From: Octopus vulgaris
Taxonomy: Eukaryota
Assembly (NCBI GenBank): GCA_951406725.2
Contig: OX597826.1
Coordinates: 39,804,001-39,868,000, forward strand
Length of the DNA stretch: 64,000 nt
Direction of reading: 5' to 3'
Part shown: positions 40,137 through 52,854 of the stretch, one piece after another
How positions within the stretch are numbered: position 1 is the stretch's first letter
Layout: each line of letters opens with the position of its first letter
Notes under the pieces: model-generated
What the model saw: only the letters and a program-made list of their open reading frames with translations
Databases searched by the model: none
What the model was told of the DNA's origin: nothing
Position numbers and translations under genes: made by a program

Positions 40137-42304
40137 AGAAATTGAGAAAAATATATACCTGTAAGTGTATAATATATTAATTTCAACAATGCTTGTGAGT
40201 GTTCATTGTAGTGAACAAGGCAGTCGTCATGTGAGATATAATAAAAAGGAAATGAAAACTAACGTCATCGGATGACGGACAGTAACTGATATGAATTTGG
40301 GGTAGTTTATTTAATCGATTGTCTTATATTTTTCATGAATAATCGTAGTGAAGATTACTTCTATCATATCACTGCTGCTTGCTACAGACCAGTGGGAGAG
40401 AAGAGAAATCATTTTGTTTCAAGTTTGAAGTTAAATTCGACTTTTGATTTTTAATTTCTTTGTACATGTGTTTCGGTTTTGTTTACCAAAGGATATCCAT
40501 TTCTGGTTACAGTTTGTTATAAATCTTCCCTAGTATTCATAGAGAGATGTACACTGAAGGTTTTTTGGTTCTTTTTGGGGTTAGCTTTGATTGAATGAAA
40601 GACGAATAAGATAGATTTCAAAATATATTCCTCTTACGAAACAAAATGGGACGAACAAAAAATTCTTGGAATGGATCTGAAATCGGAAGCGAATCACTGT
40701 GGCGTCTCACACCAGACTTATTATCTATTTTATGGAGTTTTCATTAGATTCGTTATAGTTATATATCTAAATTGACTCCGAGGAATATATTTTATGTTCA
40801 AGTAATAACACATAATGCAGATGAAGAATAAATATGGGACTTTTCGGGAGTTAAAAAATCTTTATGTAAGAGTTATTATTCTATGATACTGAATCACCCT
40901 TAGTCTTCATTTCGATGACTGATCTGACATTTACTGCCTGATTTGTTAATGAAAATTATATCGGTTTATAGCCTCGAGTCAAGAGAACGGAAGTACCTTG
41001 CATGAAAATACTCATGCAAGGAAAATATTGTACATTAGTAAATCGATAAAGTTACTAAACATTCTACAGTAGAAATGTTGTAGGTGTTTGTGGTGGTGGT
41101 GGTGTCCATATGAATATGTGTTATTGAAACAAGAAAATAGGTGATGGGGATATGTGTGTATATATACGTGAGCGGAGGAGGGTTAATTCTGGTTATGCAT
41201 GTATAAGCAAGGTGCTGGTTTGTGGATATACGTGAATAGTCGGGATGGTGTATGTGAGGGTCATTTTATCTAAGCAAAGACGAATACAGTTGTACTCTTG
41301 GAAGCTGTAGGGTTTCCCAAGCATAAAAGATGAGCATTATTTGTAATTCAATGGTACAGCAGTGTAACACTTTGCTTTGACATACACTTACAATGTGATT
41401 TCTGCAATGTTGTGCATAAATTGTCAAGTAAATGAGAGGCATCTTTGCCTCCGCTGATTCAGTTGCAAAGTGTTGAGTAAAGTTATTTGATTACAGACCT
41501 CCTTTCAGTCTTTTTATTATCACTGGGTCACACATAGTCCCCAGATGGTAACATTGATTTCAAGGCCTTCCCAGATGAGTGACTGGTTATTCAAAGACAT
41601 TTATAGATTGTAAATTTATTCCGTCCAGTTACGTATCAGTATAGTGGTCATTTGCAAACTCCAGAGGTGACACTTTCATTTCTCCTTAGCCCTCACGTTA
41701 CACAGTTGTTAATGTTTATTTCAGTTGGGTCACGCCCTTCCAATTGCTATAGATTCGTAATGCAACTTACGGCTGTGCCTGTCACCTGGATGGTGAGGAA
41801 TCCTACACTGGGAGTGGTAACGACAAGGGTAGGGTAACTGACTGCTTATTGTGATCATTCATCTTTTGGTTTCCTGTAGCTTTGCTCTCTTTTACAAACC
41901 CAGTGAACATATATTTCATATTTCAAAGAAATTCAAACAATAGATATAAGACGCAAGTTAAAAACGTTCTCAACAATTCAACTTCTGTGTTTGACATTAA
42001 AACACCCACCCCGAACAGGGGCCTTAACTCTCACATTTTAGAGCTCCATGACATTCATTTTTCATGAGCAAAATCCTTTTAACAGGTACAATAGGACTAG
42101 AATTTTGGAATATGCGCATAAAAATCAATAGTATGGGATACATGTGGCACGATTACAATTTGTTTGGGATGTGTAAAGAGGAAAATAACCCTCATCTGAA
42201 ATTTTTATGAAATTCGAAACATAGATATTCCAGTTCATTACAGAAAATATAACAGAAAATATAACTCTTCAATTGAATGTAACACGAGCAACGCCGGGTA
42301 TCTC

Positions 42305-42345
<41 letters not shown>

Positions 42346-42404
42346 CCATATATATATACATCTATATATATATATATATATATACACATCCATATATATA
42401 CATC

Positions 42405-42457
<53 letters not shown>

Positions 42458-42479
42458 GTAAATTTAAATTTATATAAAG

Positions 42480-42897
42480 GTGAAAAATTGTATATTAACT
42501 TGGTTAATATGAATTGAAAACCAGTGGTGTAGCATATGAGACCATAGCAGATCTTCTTCCAGCAGAATGGATGTCCACTGTTAATGGTTCATCCGTGTTA
42601 TATAATAGTTTTACTTTAGTAGTTTCAGTATAAAAGTGAAAGCATGTGACATTACAATAGAGAGATGGTTTTGTTTCACTTTTAACACATAATACTGAAA
42701 TAGTGGAGAAGATATGATATTGCTGTGGGCTCGCTCTAGGCAAAACGTTAAACATTTTTTGCCCATGACACTACATGGACCCTAAATAAGGCATGTGTAA
42801 AATTTGAATGAAATTGGTTTTGTAGTTCTCAAGTTTTAGGGATTCACACATACAGACAGACACACAATCTTAGTTTTATATATATATATATATAGAT
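42480..42897 (-). mobile_element. Possible non-autonomous Helitron-like element (5' part)
   Basis: Minus strand starts tctatatatat...aaaactaagattgtgtgtctgtctgtatg, like Helitron 5' ends; a Helitron-like 3' motif gagcaacgccgggta lies nearby at 42287 on the plus strand. Confidence 0.4.
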
Positions 42898-42921
42898 ATA
42901 TGTTCAAGCATTTATATATAT

Positions 42922-43180
42922 GTGGAAGCGCAATGGTCCAGTGGTTACGGCAGCGGACTCGCGGTCGGAGGATCGAGGTTTCGATTCCCTGACCGGGCGT
43001 TTTGTGTATTTATTCAGCGAAAACACTTACAAGCCTCACGACCAAGGTGGTGGCGACTCCTGTTGTACTCTTTCGCCACAACTCTCTCTCTTTCTCTCTT
43101 CCTTTTTCTTAAGTAAACCTGTGATGGGGAACACCGGAAAACCGGGCCCCACGAGCCTTGGCTACACTTGAAAAGGGCGA
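42922..43180 (+). mobile_element. SINE family B, degenerate
   Basis: cagtggttacggcagcggactcgcggtcg...ggtttcgattccc. Confidence 0.8.
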
Positions 43181-43609
43181 CGTTTATCGTTATTTATATG
43201 TATAGAAATACAACAAAAATGCAACAAATAGATATAAAATAAAACAACAGAGAATAGAAAATAAATGGGCATATTAATACACACATATAATTTCATGGTG
43301 ATTGGTAATAAATACATGTAATTATCTGTGGTTAAAACGCATGCTAGAAATTTTATGAGAAAAAGTTTCAATATTAATACTAGGCCAGGAATAGCGAAAA
43401 GTAAATTTACATATAAGACTTAATGACATTAATGATATATAAAGGGAGAATATAAATTATGAATATTAAATCAGAATAATAATTAGGGAATAAAATGTAT
43501 AGTACATTTGGTAATAAAATAAAAAGTGTAAAAATGTATTACAAAAATTAGCACTATATATATATAATATAAATAATATATATATGCATATATATATATA
43601 TATAATATA

Positions 43610-43727
<118 letters not shown>

Positions 43728-43853
43728 GTATAGATGTGCGTACATATACGTATGTATATATATATGTATATTAATCATTTTATTATATGATTTAATGATA
43801 CATAAAGTGAGAATATAAATTATGAATATTAAATCAGAATAATAATTACTACA

Positions 43854-43970
43854 AAGGCGGCGAGCTGACAGAGTCGTTAGCACACCGGGCGAAATGCGTA
43901 GCCTTATTTCCTCTGCCGTTACGTTCTGAGTTCAAATTCCGCCGAGGTCGACTTTGTCTTTCATCCTTTC
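43854..43970 (+). mobile_element. SINE family D 5' fragment
   Basis: ggcggcgagctgacagag...gagttcaaattccgccgaggtcgac. Confidence 0.8.
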
Positions 43971-44880
43971 TCACTCCCCCTCTCTTGCTCATGTGACTCC
44001 CACGTGACCATCGTCTAGATTTCTTTCTTCTGATAACTTGTGTTTCTTTCTTTCTCTCCTTTAGCTAGAACAAGGAAGACGTGTTATTGTCTGTCTCCTG
44101 TCCAAGCTTGATATATGCGTTCGTCACCACAACCTTGTTTAGGCTTAGTAGCCCTTCCTGTTTGTTTTCACTATCCTGTTTGTGTTACCAAATTTGAACC
44201 TCCGCAAAATCCCAAATTATATTTAATCTGCTTTGCGGGAGCAATTGTTTTATCGAAAGCGTATATTGTCGCCAAATACTCGGAATACGGGAGTAGCCAA
44301 ACAGCCAACAATTGATGAAGGGTCATTATTTATGTTATTTGTCTTGCTTTCCATTTGTGTTTTTCGTTGTTCGAAAAAATAGATCTGATACAAAGAAATA
44401 GATGAATAAACTTTGACCTTCCAGATGGTAGTCTGACACTTACCATATCAACCCAGACAGCTTCAACTGACAATGAGATGACATCTGAAGTTTATTAAAA
44501 TAAATTTGCAAAGAATTCTCAATGCTTTTGTTATAAGTGTCTATGAATGAACTGTCAAAGAAACAATTAATTTTCCTCTATCACATAGACAGAATCACAT
44601 GACTAAGCTACATAACTCATTCTTTAAATTTGATCACTAAATGTATTTGAAATATATATTTTAACTAACTTTTTAGCAAATTATATAAACACACTTCATC
44701 TTTAAATAATGAATTTTCTTCATAGACGCCTAGTTCATCAGCCTATTTTAAATATACCCAAGTCATATATACATATATTTATGATGGCAAGTTCTCATGA
44801 TTAAAACATATTACAACCTATAGGAAAGTTTGCGTAATTTTTATTATACACGTTTCGTGACATCCTGTGCCCACATATGG

Positions 44881-44941
<61 letters not shown>

Positions 44942-45044
44942 TATACGTATAGATGTATGAAATATACGTATGTATATATGCATATATGTATATATATTAT
45001 TTATATTATATGATTGGACGCCACGCATCCTCTTCCAAGTAGGT

Positions 45045-45076
<32 letters not shown>

Positions 45077-45279
45077 TTATATATATTGTATTTAGGAATA
45101 GTCATTTTGCCAGTTTAGCCAATAAAAAAAATATATATAATAGATATAAAGAGGGTTATTATATACCAGTCTAAGTATTAAAGTATAATCCAAGTAAAAT
45201 AAAAAGCAAATTAAAAGGGGATATTTATAAAATAAAAATAATATATATATATATATATAAATCTATATTTAATATCAAA

Positions 45280-45965
45280 GTATGGGATTAATTGTAATTA
45301 TAAAAAGTAAATTATAGGAAAGTGCTGAAGCTATAGTATCCCATTCAATATCATGGTTTATATTATTTTCATTTAGCTCCCATATCAATTTGCTTGATTC
45401 ATTTGAATTGGATTTATGTTTGTTTCTAAAGGTGTATAGATGCGTAGACATACTTCGTTTTATTTCATTTTACGTAGTTCCTGTATAAAATTATTTATTT
45501 TCTAGAGCTGTTACAGTGCATTGATATGTCATACTTTTTCTTTTGCATACATTCTTATATAAACATTTTTTCTAATCCTGCGTTCACAATTATTATAGAA
45601 GTTAGTGTTTATCATATGTGTATTCAGCAGGGGAACACTATTAGACATTGTAGTGTTATTTTGTAAGATTCTGTTATTATGAGATGAATTATCAACGGGG
45701 TTATTTGAATTAAAAGTACAGGACAGTTTGAGTAATTGTTACTATTAATATTATCATTATAGATGTTTCTGTTTAAGTAAAATTTGTCTGATTTCATATT
45801 GTTGATAGAGGATATAATGGTTGCTAGGTTATGGGTTAAACTATATCCAGTGTTAATAGTTTTATTAATTATTTCAATATATTTGTTGTTAGTATTAAAA
45901 TATTTAGCGAACCAGTAAATTTAATTGGATATTATTATCCTTTAATGAGTTATTTATCCTTTGAT
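45280..45965 (-). mobile_element. Penelope-like GIY-YIG relic
   Basis: TYQCTVTALENK*FYTGTT and a preceding Cys-rich linker. Confidence 0.6.
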
Positions 45966-46071
45966 TTAATTTAGATACATACGTAAATACAAATATTCAT
46001 TCATTCATTCATACATATATACATACAAACATACATACATACATGCATACATACTTAATGCATACATAGAT

Positions 46072-46120
<49 letters not shown>

Positions 46121-46123
46121 TAA

Positions 46124-46958
46124 ACTAAAAAGCTAGTTGTAAAATATCTCTAAGACATAATAGTAGTAGTTGTACTATCAAGCAATATTCGTAGCCATTT
46201 TAGCAGGGCTGTTCTATTCGCACGGAATTTACTGCGATTTTGTAACCCTAGTAACACATATTCTCTAGCTGGTTAATGATGCACAACTGCAACCGATATA
46301 TTGCAAGCAGAGGAACAAACACATACAATAGTTTACTACTGGATAACTCGTTTGCTAGAGATAGCCGTATTTCGCCTTCGTTGATTAGCTAGGTGAGATG
46401 TCCTCTTGCGGTTAAGAAATCACAGTAAATTCTGTTTAAACAGAACAGCCATGTTGAAGTAGCTACGAACATTACTTGGCAGTACAGCGACTGCGATCAT
46501 CTCTAGGAAAGGTTTAGAACTAGATTTTTAGTAGCTATACTAGCAAGTAATGCTCGCAGCATATCGGATGCAGTTGTGCATCGTTAACCATCTTGAGGAG
46601 ATATCCTCTTGGGGTTAAGAAATCGCAGTAAAGTCTGTTCAATCGGAACAGCCATGTTAAAGTGGCTACGAACATTATTTGCTAGTACAACTATTGCGAT
46701 CATCTCTTAGATTTTAGAACTAGCTTTTTAGCTTGTTGCAAAATCAGCGACTGCGTGTCGCTTGAATTTATATGTATTGCGAGAAAAGGCGAGCTACTGC
46801 CATCCCTAACAAACATGGCGTTCAGCACTGACGAGAGGCAGAAATAGCCCAAAACCAGACTAGTATGCTGGTCATGTCGATAGAAGGTGGTAGTGGTTCG
46901 TTCCCCTGCTCACAATATACTGGATGCAGCTGTGCATTGTTAACCAGCTAGAGGAGAT
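46124..46958. repeat. ~190-bp unit repeat: one inverted plus several direct copies, continuing at 51263-51360
   Basis: ttaaccagctagaggagat...gaaatcgcagtaaa...gaacagccatgtt...ggctacgaacatta recurs. Confidence 0.8.
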
Positions 46959-49900
46959 AAAACTTAAATAAAACTTAAATAAAACTTAGATTGCTTCGAC
47001 CAAAGATTGGTCCAGGCCCATGTCTAACTTAATAGCACCACCTGACAGGATTATGTAAATCCTTTTTAAGTCAGGTTTTCTTTATGGTCCATTCAAGTAG
47101 TGAGTTCTTGTTGAGTGAGTTGTATCCAGGTGTGGGTGGATTATCTGGTATTCCTTGAAATCTGTCCAGACTCCGTTTAAAGGTGATGAGATCCTTTTCC
47201 TCTTTGATTAGTTTGGGACAATGTTAAACAGGGCAGGGCCTGTTGAAGAAAAGAAATTGTGTTGTAATGTACCAATATGTTATGATACTGAATTGGGCAT
47301 GGGACGTATGGCCCGTGGTCCCAGCCTTGAATGAAACGTGAAACTAATCTTCAGGTCGTTTGGGCAATCCAGGCGGTATATTCTCTACACCGTACAAATG
47401 ATGTGCCGCTCGCGGCGGCGCTAGAGAGAGTAGAGTAACCAAGATCAGTCATGCCTTCAATTCGTTTAGTGAATGCCCTCTGGGGTGATTCAATTTTCGA
47501 GATGTTTTGTTTTGTATGGGGAGTAGTATTCGATGTGTGGCCGTACAAAGGAGGAGAAATGCGGGATGATAACACCTTGTTCTCTGGTCAGGAAGGTTCT
47601 TAAGATCCAGGAGCTCATCCTACGAGCTATATCAACCTGAGATTGTTATCAACAATTACACCTAGGTCTCTGATATTATTAGATGCTGCGAGCGGTTCAC
47701 TTGAAGAGAGTATAGCTGTTTTTGTATAGATTCCTTTCAAAATGCATCAGCTCAAACTTTCCCTCGTTTAGTTGCATTTTGTTTTTGTCTGCTCATTGAC
47801 TCACAACATTTAGATCATACTGGAGTTGAGATTAGTCTTCTTCATTGATGATTTGCTGGAGTTTAGTGTCATCAGCAAATATTTTCACTTTGCAGTAATT
47901 TACGACGCTGGAAAGGTCATTTATGTAAATTATAAAGCGGAGTGGGCTCAAGTCAGTCTCCTGAGGGACACCACTGGTGACGTTTGCTGGGCTTGAGTGG
48001 ATTCCATCGACAACAGCATGTTGTGTTCTTTTCGCCAGGAAATACTTAATCCAGTGTAGAAGTTTTCCACGGTTTCCAACATTTGCCAATTTTGAGAGTA
48101 GGATATTATGGTCAACACTCTCGAACGCTTTACTGAAGTCAGGATATATGACATCACATTTAAAACCTGTTCCCAAGGATTTAAGTATAACTTCAATGTG
48201 ATGTAAAAGCTGTGTTAGACTCCCTGCCACAGCGAAAGCCATGCTGATTTGCATTTAGGAGTTAGTGGATCTCCAGGAAGTCAGCTATCCTTGATCTTAC
48301 CACTCTTTCAAACACTTTAATGATGTGGAAGGTGAGTGAGATTGGGTGATAGTAAATTGCGAGGGATATGTTTCCTTGTTTGAAAAGCAGGATGACAGAC
48401 TGGGATACGAGCTGTCTAAAAGCTCCTATCTCAGATTTTCTCCAGGGGTTGGTCAGAGGGACTGCAATTTGGCGTCTACAATTCCTTCAGGAGACTAGAG
48501 GGGAATCTATCAGGACCTACAGCGGAACAGTATTTGACCTCATTTATTGCTTCTCTTACACTTCTCTTACGTCAATATCGGTGGAATCACTAAAGACAGA
48601 ACAGTATTGTTTCTGCTGTATTTCTGCCATTTCTTTAGTTTCGTGTTGGGGAATGCCGTTATCATCGATCAATGGCCTAATGGATGAGACAACGGTTCTA
48701 TGCTTACTTGCACAAGAATAGAACACTTTTGGGTTCTGTTTGATGGTTTTGATTACCCACTGTTCCTCCGCAGCTCTTTGATTTTCAATGGAGGTTTTCA
48801 TGTCGGTCGTCAGATGAGGTTTTTCCAACTACAGCATTTTCATTGTTGTTGAATGTGGATGTTGTATGTGGGAGTATTTTAACTGAAATATTGTGAACGG
48901 AGTGGTTGGTTAATATTATATCCAAGATCGCTTTATTCTGTCTTGTTGGTTCGAGCACTAGCTGAGAAGAATTTATCCATTAGATTAAAGAGTAATTCTG
49001 CTATTGCCTTATCTGATGTAGAGCATTTGCCTAACTTCAGAGCATTTATGGGCCAGTTTATATGAGGGAGGTTAAAATCACCCTTCACTAGTATGTTTCG
49101 GGAGTTGTATTTTTGAATGAAGGACTTGATTTTGTTCAGGCACTCGTCAAAGCACTTTAGAAGTGCTTGGGGAGGCATGTAAAGACCAACAATGATTATG
49201 TCTTTGGCCTTGTTGAATAGTGATATAGATTCACAATAGCCACTAGAAAATATATTCTTGGCATCAACTGAAAAGGTGTCACGGATAAAGATGGCTGTCC
49301 CGCCTTGTTTCGGTCTGTGCGATCTGCACGGACGATGATGAAATCTTTTATTTTTACCTCGGCATCCATATGGGTGTTGTTTAGGTGAGTTTCAGTAAGG
49401 ATAAAGAAAGGGTAGCAATGTGCATTTTCGGCAAGCCAACTCTCTATATATGGGATCTTCCATTTTTGGGCAATGAGTTATGGGTTGATGCCACGTACAT
49501 TTAACAGGAATGTCGAGGCAAGGGTAGTTTTATGCTTGCATTGTTCTAAGTTACGTTTTATGTTGTTCGGAGGTAGCAATGAGGGCAGTTTTTGTATGGA
49601 GCTGTATGTGTATGATTTTCTAGTTGGTGGTGGGTGTTCCTTGTGTTTTGCATAAATAGTTGCTGATAGCTCGTTGGATCTCCTGGCTTAGGTCGGCCTT
49701 CATAATTTCTAGATAAGTTAGTAAAAAAGAATTGCCTTTTTGGTTTGCCACTTGGTCAGAGGATACATAGTTCATGCTTATGTTATTTTGTGTTATGGTT
49801 TTTCCATAGTTCTGTCTTCGTTGTTTGGTTGTAGGAAGTGAAATGTGGTTGTATTTTATTTTTGTTGTCATTGTAGGTCTCCTCTGTTGCTGTTTATATT

Positions 49901-51262
49901 TATTTTTCGATCGTTTTGTGCCCTCCAGATGGTGGTGGTTGCGTTCTGGGCTCAAGCACATCCCTAATGACATAGAAGTTTGGCACAGTTTAGGATGGTA
50001 GAGGGTGCATCCATTGCCTTTTGTGCATCCATATTTAGGAGCATCGCCATGGCCTTTAGGACAGTATTTGGGGTGGAGGTGAGGGCAGTTTTTTTCCCGT
50101 TATACCATATGGACAGGTGCCCTTAACAAGTCTACGGCATAAGGTAGAATGGAATAAAACACAGCGTCCTTTGTTGTTGGTGCCGCAGGGGCCAAATCTA
50201 CAGTTGAGAATAGTAACGACAGGGCTTTTGACGTGGGCATAGTAGAGGTTTTTGTATACTGGCAGGCTCGTTGGTCAGTGGTCCTATTGTAGTAGCAGTA
50301 GCAGACTGTTGCTGTTGTTGTTACTGTATCGGGAGTGAAACTTGACTTGTAATAGTAGGGCTAGGTGGAATCAGGCCAGATAGTTGTGCCAAACAAGGTG
50401 CTTCCATTGTAGTAGCGGTAGCAGACTGTTGTTGTGATAGTGAGTCCTGGATTGCTACGGTTGTGTTGGGTGGAATTAGATCAGATAGCGATATCAATGA
50501 GAATGTTATTTGTTGCTGGCTAGCGGGTCGTTGAAGTAAACCCTGACCTGTTGGAGTTGGGTCAGTTGGTGCACTACATCCATTGACAAGTATGGCTTCT
50601 AGTGTTGCCATGTGCGTGTATAAAGTATAAATTGATCTTGCGATTTCTTTTATTTTGTTTTCGATCTGTTTTATAGATCTGTGAAAGGATTGTTACGCTA
50701 ATTTTTCAGCGATTTTACCGTAGACATTAGCTTTTACACTATTGTTATGATGAATGTACCAACCGTTTATTAGTGCACTGATTTAGTTTTCTACCCCGTG
50801 GTGTTTTAGAATATTATTGGTCAAATTCAGTGGAACAATATTATACACTGTGCGTCAGTTATTGATGACTTGATGTATAATAGTGAATGCACCGTTGAAA
50901 AGTTTGTGTCGATATATCCGGAAATGCGTGGCTATATATTAGTGTGTGAGTCCAGTGTATTTAGTACAAGCCAGAATGAGCGGTGTGTTTAATACAAATC
51001 AAGAGAAAAGAATTGTACTGACGGGACTAGTTTTAGAACTAATCTTGTGTTTAGCTTTGGTTTATATTTGTATCTCAAGGCTGTATATAAAGAAATTTGT
51101 GCAAATTTATCCTCCGATGATAGTAAAATAATAGAATAGTAGAATTAAAGAGTTCTGGGACTAAAAACAAAGAAAGTCTACTGCTGGTTTCAATTGAAAT
51201 CTGTTTCTTTGGCTACTGACTGGACGGAGCTATGAAAACTACGTCTTGTCACGATGAATGCC
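46959..51262 (-). mobile_element. Near full-length decayed CR1-like LINE (ORF1 CCCH fingers, APE, RT)
   Basis: LNVRG, LTETHL and GDFNLPHINW (APE); DFSKAFESVDH, SGVPQETDLSPL and IFADDTKL (RT); tandem aaaacttaaat 3' tail. Confidence 0.9.
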
Positions 51263-51371
51263 CAGCTCATATATCTATGATGTCCACTTGGAGTTAAAAC
51301 ATCGCAGTAAATTCCACTGGAACGGAACAGCTGTATTGATGTGGCTACGAGCATTACTTAATATATGAGTG

Positions 51372-51426
<55 letters not shown>

Positions 51427-51499
51427 GTGTATGTACATATATATATGTATATATATATATGTGTGTGTGTATGTGTGTATGTGTGTGTGTATGTGCAGA

Positions 51500-51942
51500 A
51501 TATTGAAAAGGACCACACGAGTTGATATATATGGAAAAAAGTCAAGGTAGAAAATGCTAAAATAATTTTATATAAAACATTTAAGTACCAGTTTTAGTCA
51601 TTAAGACTTTTTCAACTGTAAGTATGGAAAACAATTAAATTTTGGAAAAATTAAGAGAAAAGTGTTTTTTTTTTAAAGAATATTTGCATAGTATTCAAAT
51701 ACAAGAGGCAATTTTCTTGTTTCTGTCATCTCTGCCTGACTTAGGGACAGGCAGAAACAAGGAAAATGCTCCTTGCATTTGAATACTATGCAAATATTCT
51801 TTAAAAAAGAAACTTTTCTTTTAATTTTTCCAAAATTTAATTGCTTTCCATACTCACAGTTGAAAAAGTCTCAGTGACTGAAACTGGTACTGAAATGTTT
51901 TATATAAAATTATTTTTGGCATTTTCTACCTTGATATATTTT

Positions 51943-51950
<8 letters not shown>
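51500..51950. mobile_element. TA-flanked foldback element with U3:A8 hammerhead
   Basis: ~200-bp diverged inverted arms centred at ~51742. Confidence 0.85.
51857..51892 (+). ncRNA. Minimal hammerhead, U3:A8 variant
   Basis: cag-TTGAAAA-agtc-tcagt-gact-GAAAC-tg-GTA-ctg. Confidence 0.72.
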
Positions 51951-51981
<31 letters not shown>

Positions 51982-52615
51982 TACTGGGATATGTGTGGCT
52001 TCTATACCTCCACTCAGGTCGTATGCTACACTCAGCAAATTATGCTGTTAGAGAAATAAGCATAACGACAAGTAAATAATCGAGCTACGTTACAAAAAGT
52101 CACCAGAGGAGACACATCTGCACCTGCGGTGAATGGCAATTGATTGTACAGTATCTGATCAGTAATTTATGAATAAATGAGGAGTCGAAACGACGGTAGA
52201 GGTTCTGAGTAAATGTTTCATGAATTCCATTTTCTCTGTCTCATATTTTATATAAACTTTACGGACATAAATCAATTCTTGAAGTAAATTCAGTGCTATG
52301 TACCTCCTTACTGTTGTAGACATCAGGTAGCCGAAAACTGTAGACGGGCTTTAAACAGCATATACAAGAATATGAAAGTATTATTTTACACACACACACA
52401 CGCGCGCGCTCGCTCGCGCGAACACACGCTCACATGTTTGCGCAAGGAATACTTGATACTGTTGGAACGTTTACTGAAATCTTTTCTAAAAAATTAGTAT
52501 GTATTAAAGCATCTTAGAAAAACAGAATGACATGAACTTCTTGGAAGGAAGTTTCCGTATTGAGCGTAGAAGTGCTTACGTTGTTAGGTTTTTCAAATAC
52601 ACGTGTTATACAGTG

Positions 52616-52854
52616 CAGTAACCCCTCGCCATATCGCGGTTCATCTATCGCATTTTACCTATCGCACTTTATTATTTAAGCGTACGTCAATTCATCCGTG
52701 GTGTTGTTTTGCATTTATAATAAAACAGATATATACAAATTATAAATGTTATTTTTTAAAAATGCAGTACAGTATTGTTTCTACTTCGCGAATTTTCACC
52801 CATCGTGGGGTTGGGATTGGAACGTAAACACTCACGATAGTTGAGGGATTACAG
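52616..52854. mobile_element. Tigger/pogo-like MITE
   Basis: Imperfect TIRs cagtaacccctcgccatatcgcg / cacgatagttgagggattacag. Confidence 0.65.
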
